This document shows, in pieces, positions 60,391-64,000 of a stretch of DNA of 64,000 nucleotides. Location: the NCBI RefSeq assembly GCF_963921235.1, contig NC_086097.1:47742001-47806000 (forward strand). The letters are read 5' to 3'. Position 1 is the stretch's first letter, and every line of letters begins with the position of its first letter. Both the position numbers and the translations under genes were made by a program. Under the pieces are notes generated by a model that saw only the letters and a program-made list of their open reading frames with translations, made no database searches and had not been told where the DNA came from. The stretch comes from Mobula hypostoma (taxonomy: Eukaryota).

Positions 60391-60439
60391 CATTACCCTC
60401 TGAACTTTTCCTGTCTATGTACCTGCCCAAGTGCATTTA

Positions 60440-60740
60440 CTGCCCAAGTTGAAGTTGGAGGCAAGTTTAGGAAAATTGTCAAACTCATTATAGGTGCAGG
60501 AAGCAATGCCAATGCAGTAGTCACTGTTTTTTTTAGAAAAAATTGGGGAGTGTTTACATTGTAGGTTTGGAATTTGGCCTGCTCTATGTAGATAGCAAAA
60601 TGGCAGGCATAGCTGGAGAAGACGTGAGTGTCGTGCCCGTGACTACACTTTGGATTTGGAGAAAGTGGGTGGAGATGAAAGAGAAATTCTTGAGGGTAAG
60701 AACCAGTTCTACCGACAGAGAAGTGTGGTGAGTTAGTTGG
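60440..60740 (-). mobile_element. Penelope-like RT fragment
   Basis: ELVLTLKNFSFISTHFLQIQSVVTGT resembles PLE RT LVLTLNNFSF...QxxGVAMGT. Confidence 0.65.
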
Positions 60741-61103
60741 ACATTTGATAAATAATTTGTTAAGCACAATGTTGTGGGTTGAAGGGCCTGTTCCTGTGCT
60801 ATACTGTTCTATGGTCTTTAATCACCCTACACCTGTGCAGTAGTCATTGATACAGATCACCGCACACTTTGACTTGAAAGCTTTTCTTCAGAATCTCTGG
60901 TACTGACTTGAGATCCTACCAGGTGATTAGAAAAAAGAGATTGATCTTATAACTGAGGTTTTAAATACTGGAAAGAGGGGAGAGGTGTATTAAACTCATT
61001 TTACAATCTAGTCAGTGAAAAGGCTGAAGAAGATCAAGAGATGATAGGAAGCTTAGCATTTATCCCCTAGCTGGCAGCCTCCTGGAATCAAATGTGACTT
61101 AAG

Positions 61104-62445
61104 ATCATAAGATTTAGAAGCGGAATTAGGCCATTTGGCCCATCAAGTCTGCTCTGCCATTTCATAATGATTGGTGTAACGAAGGCCCGTCACTGACTAC
61201 GGATGGCACATGGCGCACTCGGTAAAACACTCATCCCCAGCGGTAATGGTGACTGGGTCTAAACCAGAGCTGCTGCATGGAGCTGTCTCATATAGAGGCA
61301 GCAGCAACCTGCACAGGTGTGCTGATGGTGGAGGATACCATCTTTAAATGGATAATTGCGTTAATTAGCTTTTGGTTGGTCTAGGGGGAGGGACTTAGCA
61401 GTTATAAGCCTCGGGTTACTAAGGCTTTGGGGTTAGTTTTCTTTTGTGTTTAGTCTGAGGGTAGCTGTATATGTTTTTCCAGTTTTTGTCCTGTTTTGAG
61501 GTAAATAAAAGCACCTCAATCTAGTTTTGCAACTCAAGCAATCTTGTTACTTTTCTTAAACAATTGACCCACAGTTTTTTGTGACAGTTGGTCCATTTTA
61601 CCTCTGAGCCCTGAAGTCCTGCCTTTCCCTCATATCCCTTCATGCCCTAACCAATCAAGAATATATCAACCTCTACTTTAAGTGTACATGAAGACTTGGT
61701 TACTACAGTTGCTTGTGGTTACAAATTTCACAGATTTGCTACTCTCTGGCTAAAGAAATTCCTCCTCATCTCTGTTCTGAATATATGCCCCCCTATTCTG
61801 AGGCTGTGGCCTCTGATCTTCGACTCTCCCACCATAGGAAACATCCATTCCATCGATGCCTTTCACCTTTTGATAGATTTCATTTAGGTCCTCCCTCATT
61901 CTTCTGAACTTCAGTGAATACAGGCCCAGAGCCATCCAAAGCTCTTCAAGTGACAAGCCATTCAAACCTGGAATCACTTTTGTGAACCTCCTTTGAACCC
62001 ACTCCAGTTTCAGCATATCCTTTCGAAGATAAGAGGCCCAAAACTGCTCACAATACTCTGAGAGGCCTCACCAGTGCTTTATAAACTCACAACATTACAT
62101 CTTTGCTTTTATATTCTAGTCCTCTTGAAATGAATACTCTCATCACATTTACTTTCCTCACCACAAACTCAGCCTGCATACTAACCCTTAAGGAATTCTT
62201 CACAAGTTTTTCTGTGCCTCAGAATTTTGTATTTTCTCTCCATTTAGAAAACACACAATCTTTTCTTTTATCAAAGTGCATGACCCTACACTTCCTGCCA
62301 CTTCTTTGCCCATTCTCCTAATCTAAGTCCTTCTGTACCCTCTCTACTTCCTCAAATCTACCTGCCTTTCCACCTATCTTGATACCGTCTGCAAACTTTA
62401 CAACAAAGCCATCAATTCCATCATCCAAATCATTAACATAATGTA
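61104..62445 (-). mobile_element. CR1 3' part interrupted by a solo LTR
   Basis: LEWVQRRFTKVIPG; tail reverse complement cataagatttagaagcggaattaggcc. Confidence 0.8.
61175..61586 (+). mobile_element. Solo LTR (412 bp)
   Basis: TGTAAC...GTGACA ends; TATAA near 61403, AATAAA near 61504; flanks ATTGG/GTTGG; CR1 continues across it. Confidence 0.8.
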
Positions 62446-62449
62446 AACT

Positions 62450-63208
62450 TGAAATGCACTTTGATAGAAAAAATAAAGATGTAGACTATTTTCTAAACAG
62501 GGAGCAAATTTAGAAATCAGCGATGCAAAGGGACTTGGGAGTCCTCATCCAGGATTCCCTAAAGGTTAACTTGCAGGTTGAGTCAGTGATAAGGAAGGAA
62601 AATACAGTGTTAGCATTCATTTCGAGAGGACTAGAATATAATAGCAAGGATGTAATGCTGAGGCTTTATAAGGCATTGGTCAGACCAGACTTAGAATATT
62701 GTGAACAGTTTTGGATCCCTTTAGTTAAGAAAGGATGCGCTGGCATTGAAGAGGGTCGAGAAGATTTTCACAGGAATAATCCCTGGAATGAAAATGTTAA
62801 TGTATGAGGAGTGTTTGGTGGCTCTGTGCTGTACTGGAGTTTAGAAGAATGAATGAGAATCTCATTGAAACTTATTTAATATTGAAAACCCTAGATAGAG
62901 TGGACCTGGAAAGGGTGTTTCCTATGGTGGGGAAGTCTAGTACCAGAGGGCACAGCCTCAGAATAGAGGGACGGCCCTTTATAACAGAAATTAGTAATTT
63001 CTTTAGCCAGAGGGTAGTGAATTTGTAGAATTCAATGCCACAAATTGCTGTGGAGGATGGGTTGATGGGTTCTTGATTAGTGAGGGCATCAAAGGTTATG
63101 GGGAGGAGTCAGGGGACTGGGGTTGACGGGTTATAAAATAGCCCTGATGGAATGGCAACGCCAACTCGATGGACTGAATGACATAGTTCTGCTCCTATGT
63201 CTTGTGTT
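62450..63208 (+). mobile_element. CR1 3' part
   Basis: QRDLGVLIQDSLKV...LRLYKALVRPDLEYCEQFW; tail ttctgctcctatgtctt. Confidence 0.82.
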
Positions 63209-63869
63209 CTACCAACTTTTATACTCAGTACCCTGACTTGTGAATGCAAGTGTGCCAAAAAGCTGTCACACTCTGTCTGTCAGGGACTCCACGTAAAGGA
63301 AGCCATGTATTTGTATTCCAAGGTCTCTCTGACCTACAACACTCCCCTAAGCCTGCCATGCTACCAGGATTTGACCTTTCAAAGTGTAACACCTCACACT
63401 TAAACATGCTTCCAATATTTATTATGTGTATTAAGTGTTTGACCTTTTGAAAAGCAAATCTGGTTTTCTTTTTGGCCAAACTGCACTCAAATTTAATGTT
63501 TTCTCCATATTGGCTATGATAGATATGGAATTGGATGTTGGGTATATCTGAGAAAAATGCTAAAAAGGCAGCAAAGAAGGAATCCTGCTTTCAAGGAGAT
63601 TACTTATTTGAGGCAATGCAAATGTATCAGATTTAAGATCCATTCACTACAATTATTCTGATTTTACCATTAAGGGTAGTATTTATAATTAGAATGTTGA
63701 CCCATAAACTAAGTCATGAATTTAAAGCTGAAGCTATGCAGTGATCTTAAGTGCTGTATCCTTGGACTGAACACAAAATGTATCACTGTGGCATGAAAAG
63801 AAATTGCTATTAAAATTCCCCAAGAAAGTCTTGAAACTGATGCCCTGAATTTGAAGACTCTTCTAATTC

Positions 63870-64000
63870 AGGATCTCTTGTGCAGTTGGATCCTGGATTT
63901 CCTCACTTGTAGACCCCGTAGTTCAGATTGGCAAAAACATCTCCTCCACAGGGATGTGTGCTTAGCCTCCTTCTCTACTTGCTTTACACCTATGATTGTG
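63870..64000 (+). mobile_element. Rex1-like RT fragment running off the window
   Basis: tgcagttggatcctggatttcct...ggatgtgtgcttagcc matches about 20395-20505. Confidence 0.6.

Noticed and set aside
57810..64000. Next TDRD9 exon (VAELYEEL-like)
   Set aside because: No matching sequence with splice sites found; probably beyond the window

Overview
Vertebrate genomic DNA. The CR1, Rex1/Babar, Penelope and V-SINE repeat set suggests a cartilaginous fish (shark/ray); this is an inference. The window lies inside a + strand, intron-rich gene for the piRNA-pathway DExH helicase TDRD9. I traced 16 consecutive in-frame internal coding exons from 24262 to 57809 (helicase motif Ib through HA2), including one GC-AG intron. 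Upstream and downstream exons were not found in the window. The introns are packed with nested transposons. The main feature is at 1-11582: a full-length, ORF-intact L1 (+; 2195-8101; 16-bp TSD AATAAAACCCGTTTGG) inserted antisense into ORF2 of a closely related, otherwise intact L1 (-), whose 5' end abuts a CR1 RT sequence. This creates two long inverted-repeat pairs (about 2.2 and 3.5 kb) in what is probably an intron of an L1-silencing gene. Other elements: a CR1 with three nested insertions, three solo LTRs with TSDs, Penelope pieces with hammerhead-ribozyme-like motifs, tRNA-derived SINEs, and Tc1/mariner remnants and MITEs.
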